The notes beneath the pieces are model-generated. The model ran no database searches. It was not told the DNA's origin and saw only the letters and a program-made list of their open reading frames with translations. From an uncultured SAR86 cluster bacterium (GTDB lineage: Bacteria > Pseudomonadota > Gammaproteobacteria > Magnimaribacterales > D2472): a stretch of 64,000 nt of DNA. The stretch spans positions 74,222 to 138,221 of the forward strand of contig CACNUA010000002.1 in NCBI GenBank assembly GCA_902623535.1, read 5' to 3'. The stretch's first letter is position 1. Every line of letters starts with the position of its first letter. Shown piece after piece: positions 1 to 8,904 of the stretch. A program made the translations under genes and the position numbers.

Positions 1-246
1 CCCGAACCCCAATGCACCTAAACATTCAATATAGTCAGCATTTTTATCAAGGCCAGCTGCCGTGCCAAGTCTATTTTTGAAGGTTAAATTTTTGAATACA
101 AGCGAATCTTGATTTTTGAAATTAGATTTAATTCCTAGTAAGGAATATAAATTCAATTTATAGGCAATTTTAAGCAATGAAAGACTTAGCGAATGAGAGG
201 TTTCTGGATTAAAAAATTTTATAAGGTTTAAGAGTAAGTCGCTCAA
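1..246 (-). CDS. pyrD: dihydroorotate dehydrogenase (quinone), N-terminal part; CDS continues past the left edge
   Basis: Hand translation of the minus strand (not in the ORF track): (L/M)SDLLLNLIKFFNPETSHSLSLSLLKIAYKLNLYSLLGIKSNFKNQDSLVFKNLTFKNRLGTAAGLDKNADYIECLGALGFG. The FKN-x-LG-x-AAG-x-DKN...LGALGFG pattern is the class 2 PyrD N-terminus. There is no in-frame ATG. The probable TTG start at 246..244 overlaps the galU stop (TTGA). Confidence 0.7.
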   Translation of the reverse strand, partial: MSDLLLNLIKFFNPETSHSLSLSLLKIAYKLNLYSLLGIKSNFKNQDSLVFKNLTFKNRLGTAAGLDKNADYIECLGALGFG

Positions 247-1082
247 CTTATTATGTTTTGTTTTTTTGCAAAATGAATGTTGGCTTGAACAAAACCCTCT
301 TTTGAACCGCAATCAAATTTCAATGCATCGTATTTTAATCCCAGCATTTCACGTTTTTGCAGCATTTTAGCAATTGCGTCAGTTAGTTGGATTTCATTTC
401 CAAAGCCTGGTTCAAGAGTTTTCAGTTCTTCCATAATTTCGCCGCTCAATAAGTATCTTCCTGTTACTGCTAAATTACTTGGAGGATTAGATTGCGGTTT
501 CTCCACAATCTCTTCAATACTTATAAGATTGCCTGAAAGCTCGCCACTAATAACACCATACTTTTTTGTCTCTTCTTCGCTTACCTCGTTAACCGCAATA
601 ATACTTTTGCCATGCAACTTAAATGCATCCACTAGCTGAGAGGTCACCCCAGGATTACCATCAAATAAATCATCTGCAAGCAAAATTGAAAAATACTCAT
701 CTGGAAATATGAGATGAGAAACTTGTGAGATTGCATCACCAAGTCCTTTCTGATCTCTTTGTATTACAAATGAGAACTTGATGCCTTCATACTTACTTAA
801 ATTGACTTTATCTAGGTAACTTTCTTTATTTGAGCTCAATAATTTTGATTCAAGTTCGAGATTTCTACCGAAATGATCTTCGATAGATCGTTTTGTATGA
901 CTAGTTACAAAAATTATTTCCTCGATTCCGGCTTCAATTGCCTCTCTAACAGCAAACTCAACCAATGGTGTATCAACTATTGGAAGCATTTCTTTTGGTA
1001 TTGCTTTGGTAGCAGGAAGAAACCTAGTACCTAGACCAGCGACTGGCAATACAGCTTTTTTAATAGTTTTAGCGTTGCTCAT
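243..1082 (-). CDS. galU: UTP--glucose-1-phosphate uridylyltransferase
   Basis: 279 aa. The N-terminal KAVLPVAGLGTRFLPATKAIPKEMLPIVD sugar-nucleotidyltransferase signature and the length are typical of GalU. It has a 4-nt ATGA overlap with the upstream rhomboid gene. Confidence 0.9.
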   Translation of the reverse strand: MSNAKTIKKAVLPVAGLGTRFLPATKAIPKEMLPIVDTPLVEFAVREAIEAGIEEIIFVTSHTKRSIEDHFGRNLELESKLLSSNKESYLDKVNLSKYEGIKFSFVIQRDQKGLGDAISQVSHLIFPDEYFSILLADDLFDGNPGVTSQLVDAFKLHGKSIIAVNEVSEEETKKYGVISGELSGNLISIEEIVEKPQSNPPSNLAVTGRYLLSGEIMEELKTLEPGFGNEIQLTDAIAKMLQKREMLGLKYDALKFDCGSKEGFVQANIHFAKKQNIIS

Positions 1083-1705
1083 TTTTTAATTAGTGCAAAT
1101 GATATACCGCAAATCAGTCCAGTCAAATGAGCGGTGTTTGCAATTTTCCCAAAACCAAAAAGGTTCAAGATATCAAGGTATCCTAGTGCAAGCCAAACTA
1201 TCATAAAAATATATATTGCCGGAGGCATTCCAAAAACAAATCTTTTTTGAATAAACTCTTTGATATAACAATAACCTAGCAAACCGTAAACACAGCCTGA
1301 TAAGCCGCCAAATACAATGGCTCCTGATGCAGCAGATTCAGCAAAATTACTTAGACTTCCTGAAAAGACAATAAGAAGAATTAACTTTTTAAAGCCTTCT
1401 AAATTTTCAATTCTAGTTCCTAAAATATAAACCCATAACGAATTAAATGCTAAATGAGCCACTGAGAAATGAATAAAGATTGGTGATATTAATCTCCAAA
1501 ATTCATAATCTATGAAATATGTCTTTTCAAACGAGCTAAAGCTTAAAAAGCCATTTGCTATGTCTGCCTTCAAAAAAGTTAAATAAAAAGTGAGTTGATT
1601 TTGTCCAAAAAAGGTAATCAGGCTTACAAGAATCGCTAGTAATATAAGAATGTTTGAAAGAGATAGTCTCAAGATGGCTTGGTATTGGTAATATCTAGAC
1701 TCCAT
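1079..1705 (-). CDS. rhomboid family intramembrane serine protease
   Basis: 208-aa polytopic membrane protein with HLAFNSLW (H-x4-N), GGLSGCVYG (catalytic GxSG) and AHLTGLICG (catalytic His) motifs. The ATG at 1705 overlaps nadK by 37 nt. An in-frame TTG at 1672..1670 would instead give a TTGA stop/start overlap. Confidence 0.8.
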   Translation of the reverse strand: MESRYYQYQAILRLSLSNILILLAILVSLITFFGQNQLTFYLTFLKADIANGFLSFSSFEKTYFIDYEFWRLISPIFIHFSVAHLAFNSLWVYILGTRIENLEGFKKLILLIVFSGSLSNFAESAASGAIVFGGLSGCVYGLLGYCYIKEFIQKRFVFGMPPAIYIFMIVWLALGYLDILNLFGFGKIANTAHLTGLICGISFALIKK

Positions 1706-2535
1706 CCCAGTTTCTCTCTACAAGATTCGTAAAAATTATTATTTTTTGGATGGACAATTTTTAATTTAATTTCATTCTTAGATATTAAAATTTCATCGCC
1801 AAAGTTAACTTGGATATTTTCTTGACCATCAACACATATCATTCCATGCTCAAGAGGACCATCCATTATTTCAACTGAAATATCCTTATTGTTTGGGGAG
1901 ACAAGAGCCCTAGAGGATAAGCTTTGAGACATCATGGGTATAATATTAAAGACAGATAGTTCGGGATCAATAATTGGGCCTCCTGCAGATAATGCATAGG
2001 CTGATGAACCTGTTGGAGTGGCTACAATAAGTCCATCAGAGCGCTGCTCATAAACAACTCTCTCGCCAATTTTTAACTTATATCTCATCAATTGAGCATA
2101 TGAGCCGGAGTGAATAAGGACTTCGTTCAAGCCGAAGTATGTCTGATTAGAAAATGAGGCCCTTACTAAATCTCTTTCTTCTATAATATGCCTACCAGAT
2201 AAGATGTCTTTAATGGTTTCTTCAAAACCCTCAACACTTATATCGGTTAAAAACCCAACGCTGCCAAAATTAACTCCCAACATGGGTATTTCAAACTCTA
2301 AAAATTTTCGGGCTGAGCTGAGGAAAGTTCCATCTCCACCGAATACAATTAATAGATCTAGCGTCTTTGGAAAATCATCTAACACCAAAGCCTCAAAATT
2401 CCCATCAAGATTAACTTCTTCCTCAACAAAAATAGTGCAGTCTGATTTTATCAAGACTGGTATTAATTGCTTAAGACTATTCTTGTCGTTATCTGAAAGA
2501 GAATTCTTAAAAATTAAGCCTATTTTTTTAAACAT
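1669..2535 (-). CDS. nadK: NAD(+) kinase
   Basis: 288 aa with the GGDGTFL motif, NEVLIH and TPTGSSAYALSAGGPI, all characteristic of NAD kinases. Confidence 0.9.
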   Translation of the reverse strand: MFKKIGLIFKNSLSDNDKNSLKQLIPVLIKSDCTIFVEEEVNLDGNFEALVLDDFPKTLDLLIVFGGDGTFLSSARKFLEFEIPMLGVNFGSVGFLTDISVEGFEETIKDILSGRHIIEERDLVRASFSNQTYFGLNEVLIHSGSYAQLMRYKLKIGERVVYEQRSDGLIVATPTGSSAYALSAGGPIIDPELSVFNIIPMMSQSLSSRALVSPNNKDISVEIMDGPLEHGMICVDGQENIQVNFGDEILISKNEIKLKIVHPKNNNFYESCREKLGWSLDITNTKPS

Positions 2536-2570
2536 GCGCGTATTATAACTACTCTAAGCATTTATTCCTT

Positions 2571-3317
2571 ATGAGTAATCGAATTCAAGAATTATCAAAT
2601 CTTATTAAAAATTCAAACCGAATCATTATTCTTACAGGGGCAGGCATTAGCACTGACTCCGGATTACCAGATTTCAGGAGTGATAATGGTTTTTGGAAAT
2701 CAAATAAACCAATTTATTTCAATGATTTTATAAAAAATGAGCAATCGAGAATTCTTTCATGGAAAAGAAATATTGAATTAAATAATTTACTTGAGAAAAT
2801 TAATCCTAATGAAGGGCATATATTTGTTTCAAAACTATTAGATCTCAATGAAGATAATTTTCTAATAACTCAAAATATCGATGGTTTGCATCAAAGAGTA
2901 TTCAAGAAAAATACAAATGTTATTGAAATCCATGGAAATGCAACATTTGCAAAATGTCTTGAATGTAAAAAAGAATATTCTATAAAAATTTTTCACCGAG
3001 CCGTAAAAAATGACGAAACAATTCCAACCTGCCATGACTGCTCAGGCTTAATAAAAGTTGCCACCATTTCATTTGGTCAACCGATGAATACAGAAGACCT
3101 TAATAATGCTAAGAATTTAACTGCGGATTGTGATTTATTTTTAGTGCTTGGATCATCACTAGTTGTTCAACCTGTTGCTTCACTTCCAAAGATTGCATTA
3201 GAAAATAATGCTAGGCTTGCCATCATTAATAATGACGAGACTCCTTACGATGGGTTAGCCGATATTGTTATTAATGCAAAAATAAATGATGTTATTTCAA
3301 AGATAAATCTAGACTAA
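2571..3317 (+). CDS. cobB: NAD-dependent protein deacylase, Sir2 family
   Basis: GAGISTDSGLPDFRS and QNIDGLH sirtuin motifs, plus a four-Cys zinc module (CLECKK...CHDCSG). Confidence 0.85.
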   Translation: MSNRIQELSNLIKNSNRIIILTGAGISTDSGLPDFRSDNGFWKSNKPIYFNDFIKNEQSRILSWKRNIELNNLLEKINPNEGHIFVSKLLDLNEDNFLITQNIDGLHQRVFKKNTNVIEIHGNATFAKCLECKKEYSIKIFHRAVKNDETIPTCHDCSGLIKVATISFGQPMNTEDLNNAKNLTADCDLFLVLGSSLVVQPVASLPKIALENNARLAIINNDETPYDGLADIVINAKINDVISKINLD

Positions 3318-4357
3318 TCATGCATTAATGCTGCTCTTCCAATTATTTTTCCGTCTTTAAGATCTAAAAGAGTCTGATAAGCCTCAGATGCATTTCTCTT
3401 CTCGACTGGTATTGGATCAATTTTATTTGCGCGAACTAACTCCATCAATTCTTCCATATCTCCAGGGCTTCCAACATATGAGCCCTGAATGGTTCTCTCC
3501 ATAATTGGGATTAAGGGTAATGGCATTTTTAATTCGCCACCATAAAGACCCACTATAATGTATTTACCTCCCTTGGCTAAAAGATTAGTTCCAAAGCCTA
3601 CTGATAACTCAGAACCAACAAAATCTATTAGCGTCATTGCACCGCCCTCAGTATGTTCAAGGATCTCCATTAATGATTCTTCTTTACTAGAGTTAAATGC
3701 TTTTGAAGCGCCATTACTCATTGCAATTTCAAGTTTTTCATCATCAACATCAATAACAATTGGATTAACGTTAAACGCAGATTTTGCAATTTGTAATCCC
3801 ATCATTCCAACTCCTCCTATCCCCAAAATGATTACTTTATTATCGGATGTATAGGGTAAGCCTTTTTTTAAAGCGCTATATGCTGTTAAGCCTGAGCATG
3901 CATAGCTTCCTGCGAGATGAGGCTCTATGTCCCCAGCTTCATGTAAATATTTTTGATCAGGAACTAAAATGTGATCTCCAAAACCACCTGGCATCTGCAC
4001 ACCTATGTTTTGAGCTAGATTACATAGATGCTCATCCCCTTTCTTGCATAACTCGCATTCTGCACATCCAATCCATGGGTAAACAACAAATTTAGATCCA
4101 ATTTCAACAGTAGCATCTTCTCCACAGGCAATCACTTCACCAAATACCTCATGCCCAAGGGTATAAGGTCTCTCCAGAGGCAGTTCAAGCATATTACCAC
4201 CCCCAAGATTAAATGCGCCCTCATGAATGTGAACATCAGAATGACAGACGCCACAACTAATAGTTTTTACTAAAACTTCTTTGCCTTGCGGGTTTGGAGT
4301 TTCCACTTCATTACAAACTAAAGGCTTACCTGGCTCTTCGACTTGATAGGCTTTCAT
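3314..4357 (-). CDS. zinc-dependent alcohol dehydrogenase family oxidoreductase
   Basis: GVCHSDVH and GHEVFGEV zinc-ADH signatures and a GIGGVGMMG Rossmann motif. Its stop overlaps the cobB stop (CTAA). Confidence 0.85.
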   Translation of the reverse strand: MKAYQVEEPGKPLVCNEVETPNPQGKEVLVKTISCGVCHSDVHIHEGAFNLGGGNMLELPLERPYTLGHEVFGEVIACGEDATVEIGSKFVVYPWIGCAECELCKKGDEHLCNLAQNIGVQMPGGFGDHILVPDQKYLHEAGDIEPHLAGSYACSGLTAYSALKKGLPYTSDNKVIILGIGGVGMMGLQIAKSAFNVNPIVIDVDDEKLEIAMSNGASKAFNSSKEESLMEILEHTEGGAMTLIDFVGSELSVGFGTNLLAKGGKYIIVGLYGGELKMPLPLIPIMERTIQGSYVGSPGDMEELMELVRANKIDPIPVEKRNASEAYQTLLDLKDGKIIGRAALMHD

Positions 4358-4442
4358 AACTATTCCTTATTACAATTAATTAAATCTTTTGATTATAATA
4401 ACTGTTCAATTTATCAAGTAAATAATCTAGGAAATAACCTTT

Positions 4443-5636
4443 ATGAGTAATTTAGAAAATTTTAGAGCTGAAGTTAGTGAGTGGTTAGAGGAAAACTGTC
4501 CTCCATCCATGAGAACTCCAATGGTAGAAGACGAAGTTGTATGGGGTGGCAGGAACGCTGTCTACAAGAATCCAGAATCAAAAATATGGCTAGATAAAAT
4601 GGGTGAAAAAGGATGGACTGCTCCAGCTTTACCTAAGGAGTATGGTGGAGGCGGTCTTAATAGTGATGAAATTAAAATTCTTAATTCTGAACTCTTCAAA
4701 ATTGGAGCAAGGCCTGCACTAAATAGTTTTGGTATTTGGATGTTGGCCCCAGTAATAATTGAATACGGTAATGAAGTACAAAAAATGGAACACATACCAA
4801 AAATCCTTAAAGGTGAAATTAGATGGTGTCAGGGTTACTCCGAACCAGGATCAGGTTCTGATTTAGCCTCTCTCTCGACAAAAGCTGAAGATATGGGGGA
4901 TCATTATCTGGTAAATGGCCAAAAAGTTTGGACATCATATGCTGATCAGGCTGATTGGATATTTGCTCTGGTTAGAACTGGCCCAAAAGAGCCAAAACAT
5001 AGTGGTATTAGTTTTTTATTGATTGATATGGCTGATCCTGGAGTTACTACAAAACCTATAACCTTAATCAGTGGAAAATCTCCATTTTGTGAAACTTTTT
5101 TTGATAATGTGAAAGTTCCCAAAGAAAACTTGATTGGAGAAGAAAATCAAGGCTGGACGATTGCAAAGAAGCTCCTTCAACATGAAAGAAACTTTATATC
5201 AAACTTTGGGCTTGCTGCAGGTGGTGGCGGTGATGGATCTAGGACTAAAGGCGTGGTAGGACTCGCAAAAACATACCTGGGCGAAGAAAATGGAAAAATC
5301 GCAGATCTAGATTTTAGATCAAGAGTGACTGAGCATAAGATGAAAGAACATTCCTTTGGTTTAACTCTTCAAAGAGCTGGCGATGAAGGTGGAAAAGCCT
5401 CAGCTGCATCATCAATATTTAAATACTACGGGACAGAACATAATAAAGAGAGGTATGAACTCATGATCGAAGCCATGGGCAACAAAGGTTTTATTTGGGA
5501 TGGTGATGAAGCTGAATCTAAAGAGAAAGCCATTACAAGGGCATGGTTGAGAACAAAAGCAAACTCAATTGAGGGTGGTACTTCTGAAGTTCAATTAAAT
5601 GTAATCGCTAAAAGAGTTTTAGATCTTCCGGCCTAA
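4443..5636 (+). CDS. acyl-CoA dehydrogenase family protein (first of a tandem pair)
   Basis: WCQGYSEPGSGSDLASL, VNGQKVWTS and C-terminal GGTSEVQLNVIAKR. It is a clear paralog of ORF 20360..21589. Confidence 0.85.
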   Translation: MSNLENFRAEVSEWLEENCPPSMRTPMVEDEVVWGGRNAVYKNPESKIWLDKMGEKGWTAPALPKEYGGGGLNSDEIKILNSELFKIGARPALNSFGIWMLAPVIIEYGNEVQKMEHIPKILKGEIRWCQGYSEPGSGSDLASLSTKAEDMGDHYLVNGQKVWTSYADQADWIFALVRTGPKEPKHSGISFLLIDMADPGVTTKPITLISGKSPFCETFFDNVKVPKENLIGEENQGWTIAKKLLQHERNFISNFGLAAGGGGDGSRTKGVVGLAKTYLGEENGKIADLDFRSRVTEHKMKEHSFGLTLQRAGDEGGKASAASSIFKYYGTEHNKERYELMIEAMGNKGFIWDGDEAESKEKAITRAWLRTKANSIEGGTSEVQLNVIAKRVLDLPA

Positions 5637-5648
5637 CAAAGAATTGAT

Positions 5649-6788
5649 ATGAAACTAGTTCTAAATGAAGAATTACAGTTCTTAAGAGATACTGCTTCAA
5701 ACTTTGCAAAAGATAAAGCTCCGGTGTCTCACTTAAGAAAACTTAGAGATGAAGATCATCCAAATTCTTGGGATGAAGGTCTATGGAATGAAATGGTTGA
5801 ACTTGGTTGGACGAGCATTCTTATTCCAGAAAAATATGGAGGTTCAGAGTTTGGTCTTGCAGGCATATGCGTGGTGCTTCAAGAGTTAGGCAAAACTCTA
5901 GTTCCCTCTCCATTATTTGCTACAGGTGTTTTAGGCGTTACTTCAATCAATCAAATGGGTTCCGAGTCTCAAAAAAAAGATCTTCTTGGAAAAATTCTTG
6001 AGGGTAACCTGACGACTGCTCTGGCAATTGATGAGGGATCACATCACGAACCTGCAAATACAGAACTTACCGCAGAAAAAAATAATGATGGATGGGTCCT
6101 CAATGGAAAAAAGGTATTTGTAATTGATGGTTCAAGTGCTGATCTTTTGATTGTCATAGCTAGAACCTCTGGTAACAAAGGTGATAACCAAGGATTGTCA
6201 GCATTCATTGTAGATCCTAAGTCAAAGGGTATAAATAGAAGAAAAGTACCAACTGCAGATTCAAGAAATTATGCAAACATATCATTTGATGGTGTAACAA
6301 TTTCAGCTGAGGAAATCCTAGGCGAGGTTGATGGTGCTTCTGATCAAATTCATAAAGTTTTAGATTTTGGAAGAATTGCAATGTCAGCGGAAATGCTAGG
6401 AAATACCGAGGAAGCATTTGCAATAACCTTAAATTATCTTAAGGAAAGAAAACAGTTCGGTGTTCTAATTGGGTCATTTCAGGCTTTGCAACATAGAGCA
6501 GCAAAAATGTTTTGTGAAATCGAGTTAACAAAATCAGCTGTAATAGCTGCAATGCATGCTGCAGATGAAAACTCTAATGAGCTTGAGAGGCTATCAAGCC
6601 TAGCAAAATTTCAAGCTGGCACAACCTTGCACACAGTAAGCAATGAATCAATACAAATGCATGGTGGTATTGGTGTTACAGATGAGTATGACATTGGCTT
6701 TTATCTAAAACGTGCAAGAGTGGCAGAACAAATTTTTGGTTCCTCAACTTATCATAAAGCTAGATACGCAGATATAAGCGGCTACTAA
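5649..6788 (+). CDS. acyl-CoA dehydrogenase family protein (second of a tandem pair)
   Basis: ERKQFGVLIGSFQALQHRAAKM and IQMHGGIGVTDEYDIGFYLKRAR ACAD C-terminal domain motifs. The C-terminal GTSEIQ-type motif is degenerate (FGSSTYH). Confidence 0.8.
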   Translation: MKLVLNEELQFLRDTASNFAKDKAPVSHLRKLRDEDHPNSWDEGLWNEMVELGWTSILIPEKYGGSEFGLAGICVVLQELGKTLVPSPLFATGVLGVTSINQMGSESQKKDLLGKILEGNLTTALAIDEGSHHEPANTELTAEKNNDGWVLNGKKVFVIDGSSADLLIVIARTSGNKGDNQGLSAFIVDPKSKGINRRKVPTADSRNYANISFDGVTISAEEILGEVDGASDQIHKVLDFGRIAMSAEMLGNTEEAFAITLNYLKERKQFGVLIGSFQALQHRAAKMFCEIELTKSAVIAAMHAADENSNELERLSSLAKFQAGTTLHTVSNESIQMHGGIGVTDEYDIGFYLKRARVAEQIFGSSTYHKARYADISGY

Positions 6789-6789
6789 G

Positions 6790-7575
6790 TTGACAGATAT
6801 AAACCCTCTTCTCGAGCTGATGGAAAAGCTTCGAGATAAAGATAAGGGTTGTCCATGGGATATAAAACAAGATCACAACTCAATTGCACATTGCTCCATA
6901 GAAGAAGCCTATGAGTTAGTTGCAGCTATAAACAAAAATGATCAAGAAAATATAAAAGAAGAGCTTGGCGATGTCTTACTTCAAGTAATCTTTCACTCAC
7001 AGATTGCAAAAGAAAATAATGATTTTGACTTTAATGATGTTATCGAGGTTTTGAGCAAAAAATTAATAACAAGACACCCATATGTTTTTGATCCGGATTT
7101 TCATCTAAAGATTTCAGCAGATGAGCAACCAAGACTTTGGGATGAGATAAAAGATAAAGAAAAAAAGCAAAATACAAATAAGGTAAGTTTTGAATCGATT
7201 TCAAGCTCTCTTTCTCCAATTCAAAAATCTAAAGAGATTCAAAAAGAAGCCTCCAAGAAGAGTTTTGATTGGGATTCTACTGAAGATGTATTTGAAAAAG
7301 TTTATGAAGAATTAAACGAATTAAAATCTATTCAACATAAAAAAGACAAGGCAAAAGAGGAGTTAGGAGATCTCTTTTTTATTTTAATTAATTTAGCCAA
7401 ACACCTTGAAATTGATCCTGATATAGCAATTGAATCAGCTAACCAAAAATTTATGAGAAGATTTTTAAAGCTTGAGGAAATTGCAAAAAAAAGAAATCAA
7501 AATATAGAAAATGCTAATATAGATGACCTTGATGAGCTTTGGGAAGAGGTTAAACGGGGTGAAAAGTCTTTATAA
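6790..7575 (+). CDS. mazG: nucleoside triphosphate pyrophosphohydrolase MazG
   Basis: Two MazG repeats (EEAYELVAAI...EELGDVLLQV and YEELNEL...EELGDLFFILINLA). The N-terminal KGCPWD motif is typical of MazG. TTG start as given in the ORF track. Confidence 0.85.
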   Translation: MTDINPLLELMEKLRDKDKGCPWDIKQDHNSIAHCSIEEAYELVAAINKNDQENIKEELGDVLLQVIFHSQIAKENNDFDFNDVIEVLSKKLITRHPYVFDPDFHLKISADEQPRLWDEIKDKEKKQNTNKVSFESISSSLSPIQKSKEIQKEASKKSFDWDSTEDVFEKVYEELNELKSIQHKKDKAKEELGDLFFILINLAKHLEIDPDIAIESANQKFMRRFLKLEEIAKKRNQNIENANIDDLDELWEEVKRGEKSL

Positions 7576-8443
7576 AAATATAATTGGTGTTCTAACAGTT
7601 AACACAATTATTATTATTCTTTCGATCGGGGTAATTGTACTTTCAATTGTTTGCTTGCCTCGCGTATTCCCCTCAAGAAAAATAAAAAAATTTATCACTG
7701 CAATTGCTAATGGAATTGGTGACATTGTTGTGTGGACAATGAAAATTGCATTAATTCCTCTTCATAGACCAAATTGGATGATTGAATTTCCTGATGAGAT
7801 TTCCAAAAAAAGTTGGTACCTGGGCACCAGTAATCATATGTCCTGGGCTGACATATTTGTACTTCTTTTTTCTGCAAATTATAAAGCTCCGCTTTTAAAA
7901 TTCTTTATGAAAAAACAGTTGCAATGGATACCGCTTATTTATTTGGTCCACAAGACTATAGATATGCCATTTGTGAACCGGCACTCTAGGGAAGAAATAA
8001 CTAAAAATCCTAACTTGAAAATAATTGATTTTGAAAATTCAAGAATTGCAGCGAAAAGATTTACAAGGCATCCTGCAACAGCTTTCAGTTTTGCTGAGGG
8101 AACAAGATTCTCAGACGGTAAGAAAGTAGCAATGAAATCAGACTATAAAAATTTACTTAATCCAAAAATTGGGGCACTTGCAACTGCGCTTGCAGGCATG
8201 CCGATGGTAAATGAATTGATTGATTTCACATTGATTTATGAAACAAATAAACGGTCAGCATGGGCATTCGCTTGTGGTGAAATGAAAAATGTAAAAATTA
8301 TAGTTAAAAAATATCAAATACCTACTGAGCTAATTAATCATAATGATAAAAGCTCAAATGACTATAGGAAAGAATTTCAAACTTTCGTTGATGATATTTG
8401 GAAGAAAAAGCAATTGATTATTGATCAAAATTCTAGTTTTTGA
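7523..8443 (+). CDS. lysophospholipid/glycerol-3-phosphate-type acyltransferase family protein
   Basis: NHMSWAD (HX4D) and FAEGTRF acyltransferase motifs, with an N-terminal TM helix. The start is uncertain: the ATG at 7523 overlaps mazG by 53 nt, and an in-frame GTG at 7559 is an alternative. Confidence 0.75.
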   Translation: MTLMSFGKRLNGVKSLYKNIIGVLTVNTIIIILSIGVIVLSIVCLPRVFPSRKIKKFITAIANGIGDIVVWTMKIALIPLHRPNWMIEFPDEISKKSWYLGTSNHMSWADIFVLLFSANYKAPLLKFFMKKQLQWIPLIYLVHKTIDMPFVNRHSREEITKNPNLKIIDFENSRIAAKRFTRHPATAFSFAEGTRFSDGKKVAMKSDYKNLLNPKIGALATALAGMPMVNELIDFTLIYETNKRSAWAFACGEMKNVKIIVKKYQIPTELINHNDKSSNDYRKEFQTFVDDIWKKKQLIIDQNSSF

Positions 8444-8904
8444 CGACTTATCCCAAAATTATTTTCATCAGCATACAGCCAATAGCCCGGTTTAAATACC
8501 AGTCCTGCAAAGGAAATCATGACTCCTATCTTGCCAAGACCAAATTTTTCAGTTTTTTTAAATACACTGCCTCTTGCCATTATTAAAATAGGTAGGTTAT
8601 TTATCTCATTAACATCTCTTATGTATCCATTTAAAACGACTCCCTGCCAATTATTTTTTGCTGCTTCGGCTGCAATTTGATCTCCAATCATGGAAACATG
8701 ATTAACTCCTGCTGCATCAATAACTAATATCCTTCCTCTACCATCTTCTGCAAGAATGGATTTTACTGGGCTGTTATCATCGGTGCAGAAAACAGTCTCT
8801 ATCTCACCATTAAGAATATGAGATTTGCCATACCTAAGAAATCTTTTGTTGGAGACATTTAGCTTCTGAGGATATAGGTCTGATATATCTGGTAAAGTTT
8901 TCAA
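8425..8904 (-). CDS. rraA: RraA family protein (RNase E regulator / 4-hydroxy-4-methyl-2-oxoglutarate aldolase family)
   Basis: 159 aa. DGRGRILVIDAAG...MIGDQIAAEAAKNNWQGVVLNGYIRD is collinear with RraA. Its 3' end overlaps the convergent acyltransferase gene by 19 nt. Confidence 0.75.
   Translation of the reverse strand: MKTLPDISDLYPQKLNVSNKRFLRYGKSHILNGEIETVFCTDDNSPVKSILAEDGRGRILVIDAAGVNHVSMIGDQIAAEAAKNNWQGVVLNGYIRDVNEINNLPILIMARGSVFKKTEKFGLGKIGVMISFAGLVFKPGYWLYADENNFGISRQKLEF

Noticed and set aside
2204-2548. Many ORF-track entries are nested antisense or out of frame inside well-supported genes. Examples are 2204..2548, 3558..3854, 3847..4095, 13864..14169, 15562..15825, 29677..30066, 43708..44085, 48085..48534, 60916..61206 and 62640..62858.
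   Set aside because: Each lies entirely within a gene that has clear family motifs on the other strand or frame. Their translations are low-complexity (S/L/I/F/K-rich), as expected from reading AT-rich coding DNA in the wrong frame. None shows a recognisable motif.
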